Assembly (NCBI GenBank): GCA_026418625.1
Contig: JAOABA010000015.1
Span: forward strand, 11,017-75,016
Length of the DNA stretch: 64,000 bases
Direction: 5' to 3'
Source of the DNA: Candidatus Kapaibacterium sp.
Lineage (GTDB): Bacteria > Bacteroidota > Ignavibacteria > Kapaibacteriales > UBA2268
The notes beneath the pieces are model-generated. The model worked only from the letters and a program-made list of their open reading frames with translations, ran no database searches and had not been told where the DNA came from. Of this stretch, positions 19,600 through 29,485 are shown piece by piece. How positions within the stretch are numbered: the stretch's first letter is position 1; the number at the start of each line of letters is the position of its first letter. Both the position numbers and the translations under genes were made by a program.

Positions 19600-21327
19600 C
19601 TAAAAATTAATTATCAAGCGAGCTGATGGAACAAATACGCTCTTGCTTTCCCATTGATGGGGCTGACTTTTGAATGCTGAAAAGAATCCTTTGGCATCCA
19701 ACCTCAAAGCAAGTGTCTTTTCAATGATTGGTATTTGTAACCATAAACCTGCGCTCATTGATTCATCGAAATATTGAACAAAAGCTCCAAATGGTGTAAT
19801 AATATTTTTTGCCATAAACTCTATTCTGCCTGAAATTCCTCCAACAGTTTCATCATCAAATTTTCTGAATTTTAATTTATTAATATCTCCCGATGTATCA
19901 AGGTCATTATACCATCTTTCGACATTGTAGATTGTTCCACCAACACCAAATCTAAACCAATAATCTTCATCAACAGATATAGCAAATGTGTAGTGAAGTT
20001 GAGCGTTTAAACGCACGAGATAATCGAAATCCTGAAATAATAGAGTCAAATTCGGATCATAGTTGTTTGGATCAATCTTACGGTTCTTATATTTGGATTC
20101 ATTGGCATCGCCGAACACATAACCAAAATTAAATTTAAATATACCGCTTTTAGGAATCACTTTGAATGGGAAATCAAAGCTACCTGTTACACCGAAACCA
20201 CCATAGGTTAATTTTCTATCAATATTATAAACATCTTTACCCATAGAAGCCCATCCGTCTGTCGGAAGTATCAAACCAAGTTTAACACTTTCCCAGATGG
20301 CACTCAAACTCATTCTTTCGCTCCAAAATGATGGATAGTTAATGTCTTCGATGCCATAACGTAATTCAAGTCCAAATTTAGGAAGGTTTACATTACTGTT
20401 ACCTAATGAATCCACAACTGAATTCATTCCATCCCAATATCTTGGTTTGTCATAACGTTTCCAGCTCAACAAATCAGGACTTACAATTACTTCATTTTCT
20501 TTTAATCCATATCCTAATGCCTGTCCTTCGGATATTCTTACAAAATTTTGGATATCATAAGAAACAGCATCATTTTCCATACTAATTAGCGAAGATGACC
20601 TTCCGAATTTCCTTGGGGCAAACCATTCAGGATTTCCTATTCCTTGTGCTTCTAATGTTTTATTCTCGACGTTCCTTTGAATAAGTGAGTTAACCATCAA
20701 ATCATAAAGGTTATCTGAAGTAAAAGTCGAATCTAACTTAAAAGCTTTTAATTCATCGTAAGTATAAATATTCGCAGGTGATGGACCTCTAAGGTTCTTG
20801 GCAATATTTTCCTCGGATTCAGTGGTAACAATAAGTGCAATGATTGTATTGGGAATATTATTTTCCGATGCTCTCGTAGTTATTAAATAACAGTTTTCAA
20901 TTCCAGCCCCTGCTTCACCTTTTGATTTGAAAAAATTAAAAATTGATTCTAAAATAGGTTGGTCTGGAGGTATTTTACCTAAGTCTTCAATGATTGTTGT
21001 TGTTATAGCTTCTAAATTTTTACCCCCTTTAGCGCCTCTCTCAATAACTCCCAGAATTTCTTGGTCAACTGCTTTTAGTAACGCTTCATCTATTTGAACA
21101 CCCTTAGCAGCTTCTTCTTGCTTTTTAATAGCTCTTTTTATATCATCATTCTTTTTAATTTTATAGATGGATACAGTCCCAAATCTATAATTTATGAATT
21201 TGTTTAAAACCATCTCTAAATCTGTTTTAGAGGGTTCATATCTTTGTCCAAACAGAAAGAATGGCAGTAGTATTAAACCTTGAATCAAAACTAATAACTT
21301 TTTCATTTTAAATCCTCTTATTTTCAT
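19600..21327 (-). CDS. Uncharacterised exported protein, predicted outer-membrane beta-barrel
   Basis: Signal peptide (MKKLLVLIQG...FGQ), alternating beta strands and a C-terminal Phe (ARLIINF). Confidence 0.62.
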   Translation of the reverse strand: MKIRGFKMKKLLVLIQGLILLPFFLFGQRYEPSKTDLEMVLNKFINYRFGTVSIYKIKKNDDIKRAIKKQEEAAKGVQIDEALLKAVDQEILGVIERGAKGGKNLEAITTTIIEDLGKIPPDQPILESIFNFFKSKGEAGAGIENCYLITTRASENNIPNTIIALIVTTESEENIAKNLRGPSPANIYTYDELKAFKLDSTFTSDNLYDLMVNSLIQRNVENKTLEAQGIGNPEWFAPRKFGRSSSLISMENDAVSYDIQNFVRISEGQALGYGLKENEVIVSPDLLSWKRYDKPRYWDGMNSVVDSLGNSNVNLPKFGLELRYGIEDINYPSFWSERMSLSAIWESVKLGLILPTDGWASMGKDVYNIDRKLTYGGFGVTGSFDFPFKVIPKSGIFKFNFGYVFGDANESKYKNRKIDPNNYDPNLTLLFQDFDYLVRLNAQLHYTFAISVDEDYWFRFGVGGTIYNVERWYNDLDTSGDINKLKFRKFDDETVGGISGRIEFMAKNIITPFGAFVQYFDESMSAGLWLQIPIIEKTLALRLDAKGFFSAFKSQPHQWESKSVFVPSARLIINF

Positions 21328-21348
21328 AAATTAAAACATTAATATATT

Positions 21349-23688
21349 TTATCTTCTTCCACCTCTTGGTGGCTGTTGTCCACCTCCGCCTCCGGGAGTT
21401 CTGATTTGAGGACCTTTTTCAATTTCAAATGAAACAGGAACAGAGAAATTTTCCTCCGCAACTGATGATGTTTTACCATTACATCTGTTTATTGCTTCAG
21501 CTTTTAAAGTTACAGATGCACTTCCATCTATTTTTTCCATACCTCTTGGCAAATTAAATGTCAGTTCAAAAATAATATTGTATTTATCGCCATCAGTTTC
21601 TATAATTGGATCTGATGAAACAGATGCATAAGGTTCAATTTTTGAATCAAGTTTCACATTCTGCGATGGATAAACGTTTACATCAGCAAATGTTTCTTTA
21701 TCCTTTTCACGTCCATCCTTTGGTTTTTCAATATAGATTCCCTTAATCAAATACCTTTTCTTAACTTGTGTTATTGTTTTGACATCGGGTTGGAAAGTAA
21801 GAGATATTGTTGGTCTTTTTTGCCTAATATCAACAGTCTTAGCGGGAAATATATCTAATTCAGCACCCGTTAATGGCTGAACCCAAGTAGCTCTGAAGGT
21901 TGCTGTTTTCGCTTTGCAATCCATAAACAAAGCATTCTCTCTGGTTATTGAAAACCCTTTAACAGGTTCCCTTTGGGATTCAATATCAGATAAAAGATAA
22001 ATTCTAAATTGTTCGGAACGTATTTTTCCACCAGAATTCGGTTGAAGGTTAACCAACAAGAAGTAGTCACCGTAACCGACATTACCTAATCTAAAGTTAA
22101 TCAATTTTTCATTTTCAGGGACTAATCCTGTCTTAAATACATCCAATTCAACTTCTGCTGAGGCCGCAGGCATACTACCGAGTCTATGAGTCATAACAAT
22201 TGTATATTTTCCTTCGGGCAATTCTCTATCCACAATAGCCCTGTAAGTTCTTTTACCGCCGGGAGTCGGTTTTGCTGCTGTTGCAACAATTTCATCCAAT
22301 GGTCTTAAATTTGCCCTTGCGACAGTTGAACCTGATTCATCTTTAACAACTGCTTCGACTTGATTGGAACCTGCCCCTTGATATGGTGCGATAGCAAATT
22401 CAAACGCTGCAGGTAACTTATCAAATGTTGCTATTGAAGCATCAGGCGGGAATACTTCAGGCTTTGATATTTGTGTTTTTGGAGTAATAACCCTGATATT
22501 AAATTCAATGCTTCCTCTGTTCTGAGCAAAATTCGAAGACATACCGGGTGCAAGTAGAGTTGCAATATAACCGTAAAGTTCAATTTTGCTGATATCTTCG
22601 GTTGGGTTATCGCCCTGAGCAGCTAATTTCTTTGAATTTTCAAGCATTTCATTGAACTTTTCAACATTTCCTTCTACGCTCAATATCTCAGACGGAGGAA
22701 GGTTATATCTTTCGAGCTTGGAAACCAATTCTTTACGAACTTTCATTAAATCTTTGACAGTCAAAGTAACCGTTCCAATATTTACTTTTGTATCTTCTCG
22801 AATATTCACCGGATTTTCATCGGCACGAACACCAAGGATTCTATTAGTTCGAGAGGCAAATCGCAACTTATACCAACCGGCACGGTTTGGTGGCTGAAAG
22901 TTTACAACAAATGCACGTTTTTTGAGAGCAGAACCACTAAGACCAACTCTCTTCAATGATTCTTCTTTGGAATAGAAAAAGACACTGTCTTCTTTATTGG
23001 CTGGTGCATAACTTGGACCAATTACCAACTCAGATTCACGTGGGTAAACAGGCTCCAAAGACTCAACTGTAACATTGCTTAAATCTATTCTTCGCATAGT
23101 TTCAGTTTTATCGAGAATAAGCTTTCTCAAAGAAAGGAATTCCCATTCGCCACCATCGGGAGCGGATACTTTTTGTCCGGGTTGGAATTTGTCGAACTGA
23201 ATACCTGCTTTTCGTATTTCTTCGTCAGTTGGAAACAAAGGTGCGTTTTCGGGATCTTGATTGCTGCTATAGAAAATCTGATACTCAAGTTCCTGAACGT
23301 TGCTCAATTGAATGTATTTTTCAATTCGCTCGACGTATTCTTTTTCACTTTCACCCTCTCGCCGTTTGATTTCTGCTGTAACGTCGGTAACACCAACTTC
23401 AACAATATATTTTCTGTAGGATTTAATATCAGCCCCCATAACTTCTCTGATGTTAACACCGCTTGGCGGAATGGTTATTTCGTCCTGAGGTCTGGTATTG
23501 ATTCCTTCAGTTCCAGCGCCAGATTGCAACTGAGAAAGAATACTTTCAACTATTTTCATAGTTTCACGCTGTTTTTGAATTAAGCTTTGCTCTGCTTCGT
23601 CACGCTCAACAATTATAATGAGCAATTCGAGCACAACTGCAAGATACAATACGAAATATACCTTGCCGGCACCTCCTCCTTTACCCAT
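21349..23688 (-). CDS. Single-pass inner-membrane protein with large periplasmic region, GldM/PorM-like
   Basis: Short N-tail (MGKGGGAGK), one TM (VYFVLYLAVVLELLIIIV), a helical segment, then beta-rich Ig-like domains. Upstream AAGGA RBS. The GldM resemblance is by eye only. Confidence 0.5.
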   Translation of the reverse strand: MGKGGGAGKVYFVLYLAVVLELLIIIVERDEAEQSLIQKQRETMKIVESILSQLQSGAGTEGINTRPQDEITIPPSGVNIREVMGADIKSYRKYIVEVGVTDVTAEIKRREGESEKEYVERIEKYIQLSNVQELEYQIFYSSNQDPENAPLFPTDEEIRKAGIQFDKFQPGQKVSAPDGGEWEFLSLRKLILDKTETMRRIDLSNVTVESLEPVYPRESELVIGPSYAPANKEDSVFFYSKEESLKRVGLSGSALKKRAFVVNFQPPNRAGWYKLRFASRTNRILGVRADENPVNIREDTKVNIGTVTLTVKDLMKVRKELVSKLERYNLPPSEILSVEGNVEKFNEMLENSKKLAAQGDNPTEDISKIELYGYIATLLAPGMSSNFAQNRGSIEFNIRVITPKTQISKPEVFPPDASIATFDKLPAAFEFAIAPYQGAGSNQVEAVVKDESGSTVARANLRPLDEIVATAAKPTPGGKRTYRAIVDRELPEGKYTIVMTHRLGSMPAASAEVELDVFKTGLVPENEKLINFRLGNVGYGDYFLLVNLQPNSGGKIRSEQFRIYLLSDIESQREPVKGFSITRENALFMDCKAKTATFRATWVQPLTGAELDIFPAKTVDIRQKRPTISLTFQPDVKTITQVKKRYLIKGIYIEKPKDGREKDKETFADVNVYPSQNVKLDSKIEPYASVSSDPIIETDGDKYNIIFELTFNLPRGMEKIDGSASVTLKAEAINRCNGKTSSVAEENFSVPVSFEIEKGPQIRTPGGGGGQQPPRGGRR

Positions 23689-24086
23689 TGTTATATCCTT
23701 TAATTATTTTGAAATTTCGTGAATTATGGAAAAACTTTTTTAATTCGGTAGATGTGTGTTTTATTATAAGTTTCTCCTTGTTTACAATATATTTTATATA
23801 ATTGTTATTTAATACCATTTTTAATAAATTTTTTTTAGTGATAAACTAAAATACAAATTATTGTAATTTTTTTTTAAATTTTTTCGATTTTTTTTCACTT
23901 TTGATTTTAACTCAACAACAATATAAATTTTTTCGATTTGTTAAGTTATAGTTCAATTTACTATTTTTTTGTAGTTCAATTTAAGTTAAAAATGTAGTGT
24001 TAGCAACTACAAATTTTATTTTTTTCCTAAATATGTTTTTATTGTTTTAATTTGCAAATGACAGTAAATGCATTACGGAATTATCG

Positions 24087-25175
24087 ATGACAAAAATAGC
24101 TTTGATACTTGCAGGTGGAACAGGGACCAAGCTTTGGCCTAAAAGCAGGGAAAAACAACCTAAGCAATTTGTTCATTTCGTAGGCGAAGGGACAATGTTG
24201 ATGAACACTTACCTTCGTTTGCTTCCCCTTTTTCCACTTGAAAATATATTTGTTGTAACGCCCAGTTATTTCAAGCATTTTGTTGAAGAGCAATTGCCAG
24301 AATTGCCTAATGAAAATATTATTACTGAACCATTTCCAAGGAATACTGCACCTTGCATTGCTCTTGCAATGACACAGCTTTCTAAAAAATTCGATAAAAA
24401 TACAGTTGTCGCTGCTTTCCCTTCTGATCAGGTTATTTTCAATATTAGAGAATTTCACCATAGCCTTGAAATAGCAATGAGTGTTGCCAATGAACTTAAT
24501 GGTATTGTAACGCTTGGAATAAAACCAACACGACCCGCAACTTCTTACGGTTACATTCAGGTTAAACAAAATTCACGGGACCTCGGTTTTCTTTATGATA
24601 ATGGTGTTAGATATACAACAACCTTTGCAGAAAAACCCGATTTGGAAACTGCTAAAAGGTTTATTGAAACTGGTGACTTCCTTTGGAATAGCGGTATTTT
24701 TGTCTGGAAATTTGATGAATTCTGGATAGCTTTCGATTTATATCTGCCAGATCAAAGCAAAATATTCAAGGTTCTAAAAAAATTCGTTGGTAAAGATTCA
24801 TTCCAGATGGCAGTGGAAGATGCTTACAAAAAAATAGATTCCGTCTCAATTGATTATGCAATCTTAGAAAAAGCCCAAAATGTTTTTGTTGTAGAGTCTT
24901 CATTTGGTTGGAGTGATTTAAGCAATTGGGATGAGGTTTATAGGTTATCAATGAAAGACGGTAGAGATAATTTCATCGAAGGAGATGTTATTACAGTCAA
25001 TGTCTCTAATTCTTACATTTTATCAGAGGATAAACTGGTAGCTATTTCAGATTTGGATAATATTATTGTAATTCACACCAAAGATGCACTTTTAATTTGT
25101 AAACGTGGCAAATCTGAAAATGTTCAGGAAATCATTGATTATATGAAAAGGAAACAAATTGTAAGATTTCTATAA
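24087..25175 (+). CDS. manC: Mannose-1-phosphate guanylyltransferase
   Basis: ILAGGTGTKLWPKSR..PKQF, EPFPRNTAPCI, FAEKPD, WNSGIF, SIDYAILEK, WSDL. Confidence 0.88.
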   Translation: MTKIALILAGGTGTKLWPKSREKQPKQFVHFVGEGTMLMNTYLRLLPLFPLENIFVVTPSYFKHFVEEQLPELPNENIITEPFPRNTAPCIALAMTQLSKKFDKNTVVAAFPSDQVIFNIREFHHSLEIAMSVANELNGIVTLGIKPTRPATSYGYIQVKQNSRDLGFLYDNGVRYTTTFAEKPDLETAKRFIETGDFLWNSGIFVWKFDEFWIAFDLYLPDQSKIFKVLKKFVGKDSFQMAVEDAYKKIDSVSIDYAILEKAQNVFVVESSFGWSDLSNWDEVYRLSMKDGRDNFIEGDVITVNVSNSYILSEDKLVAISDLDNIIVIHTKDALLICKRGKSENVQEIIDYMKRKQIVRFL

Positions 25176-25187
25176 ATTTTACCATTA

Positions 25188-25619
25188 ATGAAAAATATCT
25201 TAAAGCTGCTAATTTACTCCGTCTTAGCAATTTTCTTTGTTTCTTGTGGCAGCACGAAAAACACAAAAGAAAAAATTTTTGATAAAACTAACCAAGAATG
25301 GAACAATAATACCCAAGATGATATACCTTTTGAAGTTGGTATTGCTTCATATTATTCTTCTGTCTTTGAAGGTAAAGCAACAGCTTCAGGAGAAATTTAT
25401 TCAGGAAGTGAATTAACTGCTGCCCATAAAACTTTGCCTTTCGGAACAATTGTAAAGGTTAGAAATCTCAAAAACAATAAATCAGTAGTTGTTCGCATTA
25501 ATGACCGTGGTCCTTCGAAAACTGAAAGAGTTATTGATTTGTCATATCGAGCCGCTGAAATTTTGGATATGATAAGAGACGGAATTGTTAAGGTTGAAAT
25601 AATTATCATCAAAAAATGA
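25188..25619 (+). CDS. rlpA: Septal ring lytic transglycosylase RlpA family lipoprotein
   Basis: Lipobox [38 protein letters not shown]. Confidence 0.92.
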   Translation: MKNILKLLIYSVLAIFFVSCGSTKNTKEKIFDKTNQEWNNNTQDDIPFEVGIASYYSSVFEGKATASGEIYSGSELTAAHKTLPFGTIVKVRNLKNNKSVVVRINDRGPSKTERVIDLSYRAAEILDMIRDGIVKVEIIIIKK

Positions 25620-25653
25620 TATATTTGAAGTTTTTCAATTGGTTAAAATTAAA

Positions 25654-27867
25654 ATGAAAAGGACATTAGTTACTTCTGCATTACCTTATGCAAATGGCTT
25701 CATTCATTTGGGTCATTGTGCTGGTGCTTATCTTCCGGCTGATATTTACGTCAGGTATTTAAGGCTTTCAGGAAGAGAAGTTCTTTGGGTTTGCGGCTCG
25801 GATGAACACGGAGTTGCCATAACAATAGCTGCAGATAAGGAAAAAACTTCACCGCAGCAAATTATTGATAAATATCATATAGCAAATAAGGAAGCCTTTG
25901 CAAGATTTGGAATGTCCTTTGATATCTATTCAAGAACATCATTGCCCATACATCATAACACTGCTCGAGAATTTTTCGAAGATTTTTTAAAAAAAGGGAT
26001 ATTAGAGGAAAAGGAGGAAGAGCAATTTTTTGATGCAGATGCCAAAATTTTCTTGCCTGACAGATATGTTGAAGGAATATGTCCAAATTGTGGGTATGAT
26101 CACGCAAGAGGCGACCAATGTGATAATTGCGGAGCATATTATAATCAATTAGAATTGAAAAACCCAATTAGTCTTGTCTCAGGGAAAAAGCCCGAAGTAA
26201 AAAAAACAACTCATTGGTATTTTAAATTTAACGAGTTTCAGGATTTCCTCGATAATTATATTGAGTCACACTCGAAAGACTGGAAAGATAATGTCCTTCA
26301 GCAAACAAGAAGTTGGCTTAAGCAAGGGATAAACCCACGCCCAATAACAAGAGATCTCTCTTGGGGAGTAAAAATTGATGGAATTGATGATTTACCACCT
26401 GAAAAGACTAACGGAAAAGTTCTTTATGTCTGGTTCGAAGCCGTCCTTGGTTACATTTCTATTACCAAAACATATTATTTCGAAAGAGAATACAAGGGAT
26501 TAGAAAAAGCCGATGATTGGAAAAAATGGTGGCGCGACAACGAAACCCGTTATATAGCATTTATAGGAAAAGATAATATAGTTTTCCATACATTGATATT
26601 CCCTGCTCTACTCAAAGCAAGAGGAAATAATTACATACTTCCGGATAATGTCCCAGCAAATGAATTTTTAAACCTTGAAGGACAGAAATTTTCGAAATCG
26701 AGAAATTGGAGCATTGACCTGAAAGATTTTATAGAGGATTTCCCCGAACCATCTTTTATTGATGCTTTACGTTATACCCTTGCAATGAATTTCCCGGAAA
26801 CAAGGGATTCGGATTTTACTTGGAAGGATTTTCAATCAAGAAATAATAACGAGCTATCGGCTATTTTTGGAAATTTTGTCAATAGAACCCTACAATTTAT
26901 TGCTAAAAACTTTGATAGCGAGGTTCCTTGTTTGCCTGATAAATATAAAGATTTGAAGGATGATTGGAAATCATTAATTTTTAGTCTTTGTAAGAATTAC
27001 AGTCAAGACACTGAATTCTTCGATAATATTGATGAAAGCTTTAAGCAAACTTATGGAGAAAATGACTATAATCTTCTTGTTTCTCTTTGTTCTGGCATAA
27101 AAAAAATTAGCGAGAATTATGAAAAATTCAGATTTCGTGATGCAATCACAGAGACAATGAATGTTGCTCGTGCTGCTAATAAATATTTCAATGATGAAGA
27201 ACCTTGGAAAACTCTAAAAACCGATCCTGATAAATGTGCAAAAACACTCTATGTTTGCTCGCAGCTTGTTTATACGTTGTCAGTCCTATTTTCGCCAATT
27301 GTTCCGTTCAGTTGTAACGAGATAAAAACATTGCTTGGGAATGACACCTATACCGGCGAGCCATCAGAAATCTATAAAAACACGAATTTTTGGAATGAGT
27401 CAATAATGCCTAATCTTCCCGAAGGTTTAAAAATCAATAGTCCCAAAATTCTCTTTAAGAAAATTGAGGATGATGTTATTGAAAAGCAAATAAGTAAATT
27501 AGGCGATAAGCAACAAAAGCCTTCAGCAGAAGAAGAGGAATTAATCACAATTGATTATTTCAAAAAAGTGAAGCTGCGCACTGCAAAAGTCATTTCCGCT
27601 GAAAATGTCAAAAAATCCAAAAAATTGATTAAGCTTCAAGTTGAGATTTCCGGAGAAATAAGGCAGATAGTAGCAGGAATCGCTGAGCATTATAAACCCG
27701 AAGAACTTATTGGAAAAACAATAGTTGTTGTCGCTAATCTCGAACCGGCAAAGCTAATGGGAGAGGAATCCCGTGGTATGCTTCTTGCTGCAAATTCACC
27801 AGACGGAAAACTATCTGTTGTTACAATAAACGATGATGGCATACCAACCGGAGCCGAAGTAAGATAG
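25654..27867 (+). CDS. metG: Methionine--tRNA ligase
   Basis: TSALPYANG.IHLGH (HIGH), zinc knuckle CPNC...CDNC, KFSKS and a C-terminal tRNA-binding domain. ATG start at 25654. Confidence 0.97.
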   Translation: MKRTLVTSALPYANGFIHLGHCAGAYLPADIYVRYLRLSGREVLWVCGSDEHGVAITIAADKEKTSPQQIIDKYHIANKEAFARFGMSFDIYSRTSLPIHHNTAREFFEDFLKKGILEEKEEEQFFDADAKIFLPDRYVEGICPNCGYDHARGDQCDNCGAYYNQLELKNPISLVSGKKPEVKKTTHWYFKFNEFQDFLDNYIESHSKDWKDNVLQQTRSWLKQGINPRPITRDLSWGVKIDGIDDLPPEKTNGKVLYVWFEAVLGYISITKTYYFEREYKGLEKADDWKKWWRDNETRYIAFIGKDNIVFHTLIFPALLKARGNNYILPDNVPANEFLNLEGQKFSKSRNWSIDLKDFIEDFPEPSFIDALRYTLAMNFPETRDSDFTWKDFQSRNNNELSAIFGNFVNRTLQFIAKNFDSEVPCLPDKYKDLKDDWKSLIFSLCKNYSQDTEFFDNIDESFKQTYGENDYNLLVSLCSGIKKISENYEKFRFRDAITETMNVARAANKYFNDEEPWKTLKTDPDKCAKTLYVCSQLVYTLSVLFSPIVPFSCNEIKTLLGNDTYTGEPSEIYKNTNFWNESIMPNLPEGLKINSPKILFKKIEDDVIEKQISKLGDKQQKPSAEEEELITIDYFKKVKLRTAKVISAENVKKSKKLIKLQVEISGEIRQIVAGIAEHYKPEELIGKTIVVVANLEPAKLMGEESRGMLLAANSPDGKLSVVTINDDGIPTGAEVR

Positions 27868-28092
27868 GATTATTAGCCTGATATAATATTCTTATTAACA
27901 ATAAATCTAAACTTATGCTTTTAAGTCAATAGCTTAACCTAAATTTGGTTAGCTTGATACCCTATTTTTGATTACTAAATTTGTTAAGGTACTCATAATC
28001 TTTGCTTAATCTTCAGTTAATTCATTTTTAGTAGATATATGCTTATTAAATTGCGACTTTTTATTTGAAAAAGTCAATTTTAAAGGTTAATT

Positions 28093-29421
28093 ATGAGAAA
28101 GTTGGTAATATTACTAATAATTGTTTTTTCTTTTGTCCAAATCAAAGCACAAAAGGAACTTCTTATGTCCGGTCCAATGCTTGGCTATTCAGAAATGCGT
28201 GAAGTTTTAATTTGGGTTCAAACAAAACAGGAAGCTGAAGTAAAATTCGAATATTGGAAGCAAGGGGATAATGTTAAGTATTTTTCTGAAACAAAGAGGA
28301 CAAGCCCGATTGATGGCTTTACTGCTAAAATTAAATTATCTAATCTTGAACCGGGAACAAATTATGATTATTCACTTTATATAAATAACAAAAGAATTAA
28401 TTTTAATTATCCTTTGAAATTTCAAACACAAAAACTTTGGCAATACAGAGAAGAACCACCTTCTGTTAAAATAGCAATGGGAAGTTGTGCTTATATTAAT
28501 GATAGTCTATATGACAGACCCGGCAAACCCTATGGTGGTGAGTATAAAATTTTCAATTCGATTTATTCAAAAAAACCCGATATAATGCTATGGCTTGGAG
28601 ATAATATTTATTACCGTGAAGTTGACTGGTTTTCCCGAAGTGGAATGATATATCGAAATTCTCACAGCCGTGCAATTCCTGAACTTCAGCCATTGCTTGC
28701 TTCAGTTCATCATTATGCAATCTGGGACGATCACGATTATGGTCCGAATAATAGTGACCGATCTTTTCGTAATAAAAACGAAGCTTTGGATGTTTTTCAA
28801 TTATTCTGGGGAAATCCAACTTATGGATTTTACGATGAGAAATGTGCCGTTACAATGTTTAAATGGGCTGATATTGATTTTTTCCTTTTGGATAACCGCT
28901 GGTTCAGGTCTTCAAATAATCGTAAATTCAGCGAGAAAGAAATTTTAGGAAATAAGCAAATTGACTGGCTTATCAACGCACTTACCTTCAGCGAAGCAAG
29001 ATTCAAGATAATTATCATTGGCGGTCAGGTCCTAAATCCTGTAGCCAATTATGAGAATTATTCAACCTTTCCTGAAGAACAATCCTATCTGATAAATTCA
29101 ATTTCTAAAGAAAATATAAAAGGAGTCATTTTTATTTCGGGCGACCGTCACTTTTCTGAACTAACTTCCTTACCACGAGAAGGAACATATCCTTTGCTTG
29201 ATTTCACTGTTTCTCCTCTTACATCAGGACCGTTTACAGATGCTTGTTCAAAAGAAAATAATTACCTAAGAGTTCCCGGAACTTGTTACGACAAAAGAAA
29301 CTTTGGTATGATTGAAATTACGGGCAAAAGAACCGAAAGAACGCTCAAGTTCCTCTTATTCGATACTGATGGCAATAGAATTTGGGAAAAAAGTTATTCT
29401 GACAAAGATTTAGGGTGGTAA
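28093..29421 (+). CDS. Alkaline phosphatase D (PhoD) family protein
   Basis: GSC, WLGDNIY, WDDHDY, LDNRWFR, SGDRHF and a signal peptide. Confidence 0.9.
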   Translation: MRKLVILLIIVFSFVQIKAQKELLMSGPMLGYSEMREVLIWVQTKQEAEVKFEYWKQGDNVKYFSETKRTSPIDGFTAKIKLSNLEPGTNYDYSLYINNKRINFNYPLKFQTQKLWQYREEPPSVKIAMGSCAYINDSLYDRPGKPYGGEYKIFNSIYSKKPDIMLWLGDNIYYREVDWFSRSGMIYRNSHSRAIPELQPLLASVHHYAIWDDHDYGPNNSDRSFRNKNEALDVFQLFWGNPTYGFYDEKCAVTMFKWADIDFFLLDNRWFRSSNNRKFSEKEILGNKQIDWLINALTFSEARFKIIIIGGQVLNPVANYENYSTFPEEQSYLINSISKENIKGVIFISGDRHFSELTSLPREGTYPLLDFTVSPLTSGPFTDACSKENNYLRVPGTCYDKRNFGMIEITGKRTERTLKFLLFDTDGNRIWEKSYSDKDLGW

Positions 29422-29485
29422 AAAAATTCGTTTAATCATTCATAAATATATTATATTGCAATTTTTAATTTAAACTAAATTATTT

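Noticed and set aside
23173-23583. 136-aa plus-strand ORF, considered as a possible GldL-like partner
   Set aside because: It is antisense within the 779-aa gene and has no credible TM pattern, so it is a shadow ORF.
23689-24086. Very AT-rich 400-bp gap considered as ncRNA or replication origin
   Set aside because: No stable GC stem, DnaA-box cluster or riboswitch motif is visible. It is adequately explained as a divergent promoter region.
24081-24569. 162-aa minus-strand ORF upstream of the envelope locus
   Set aside because: Antisense shadow of the mannose-1-phosphate guanylyltransferase gene with no recognisable motifs.
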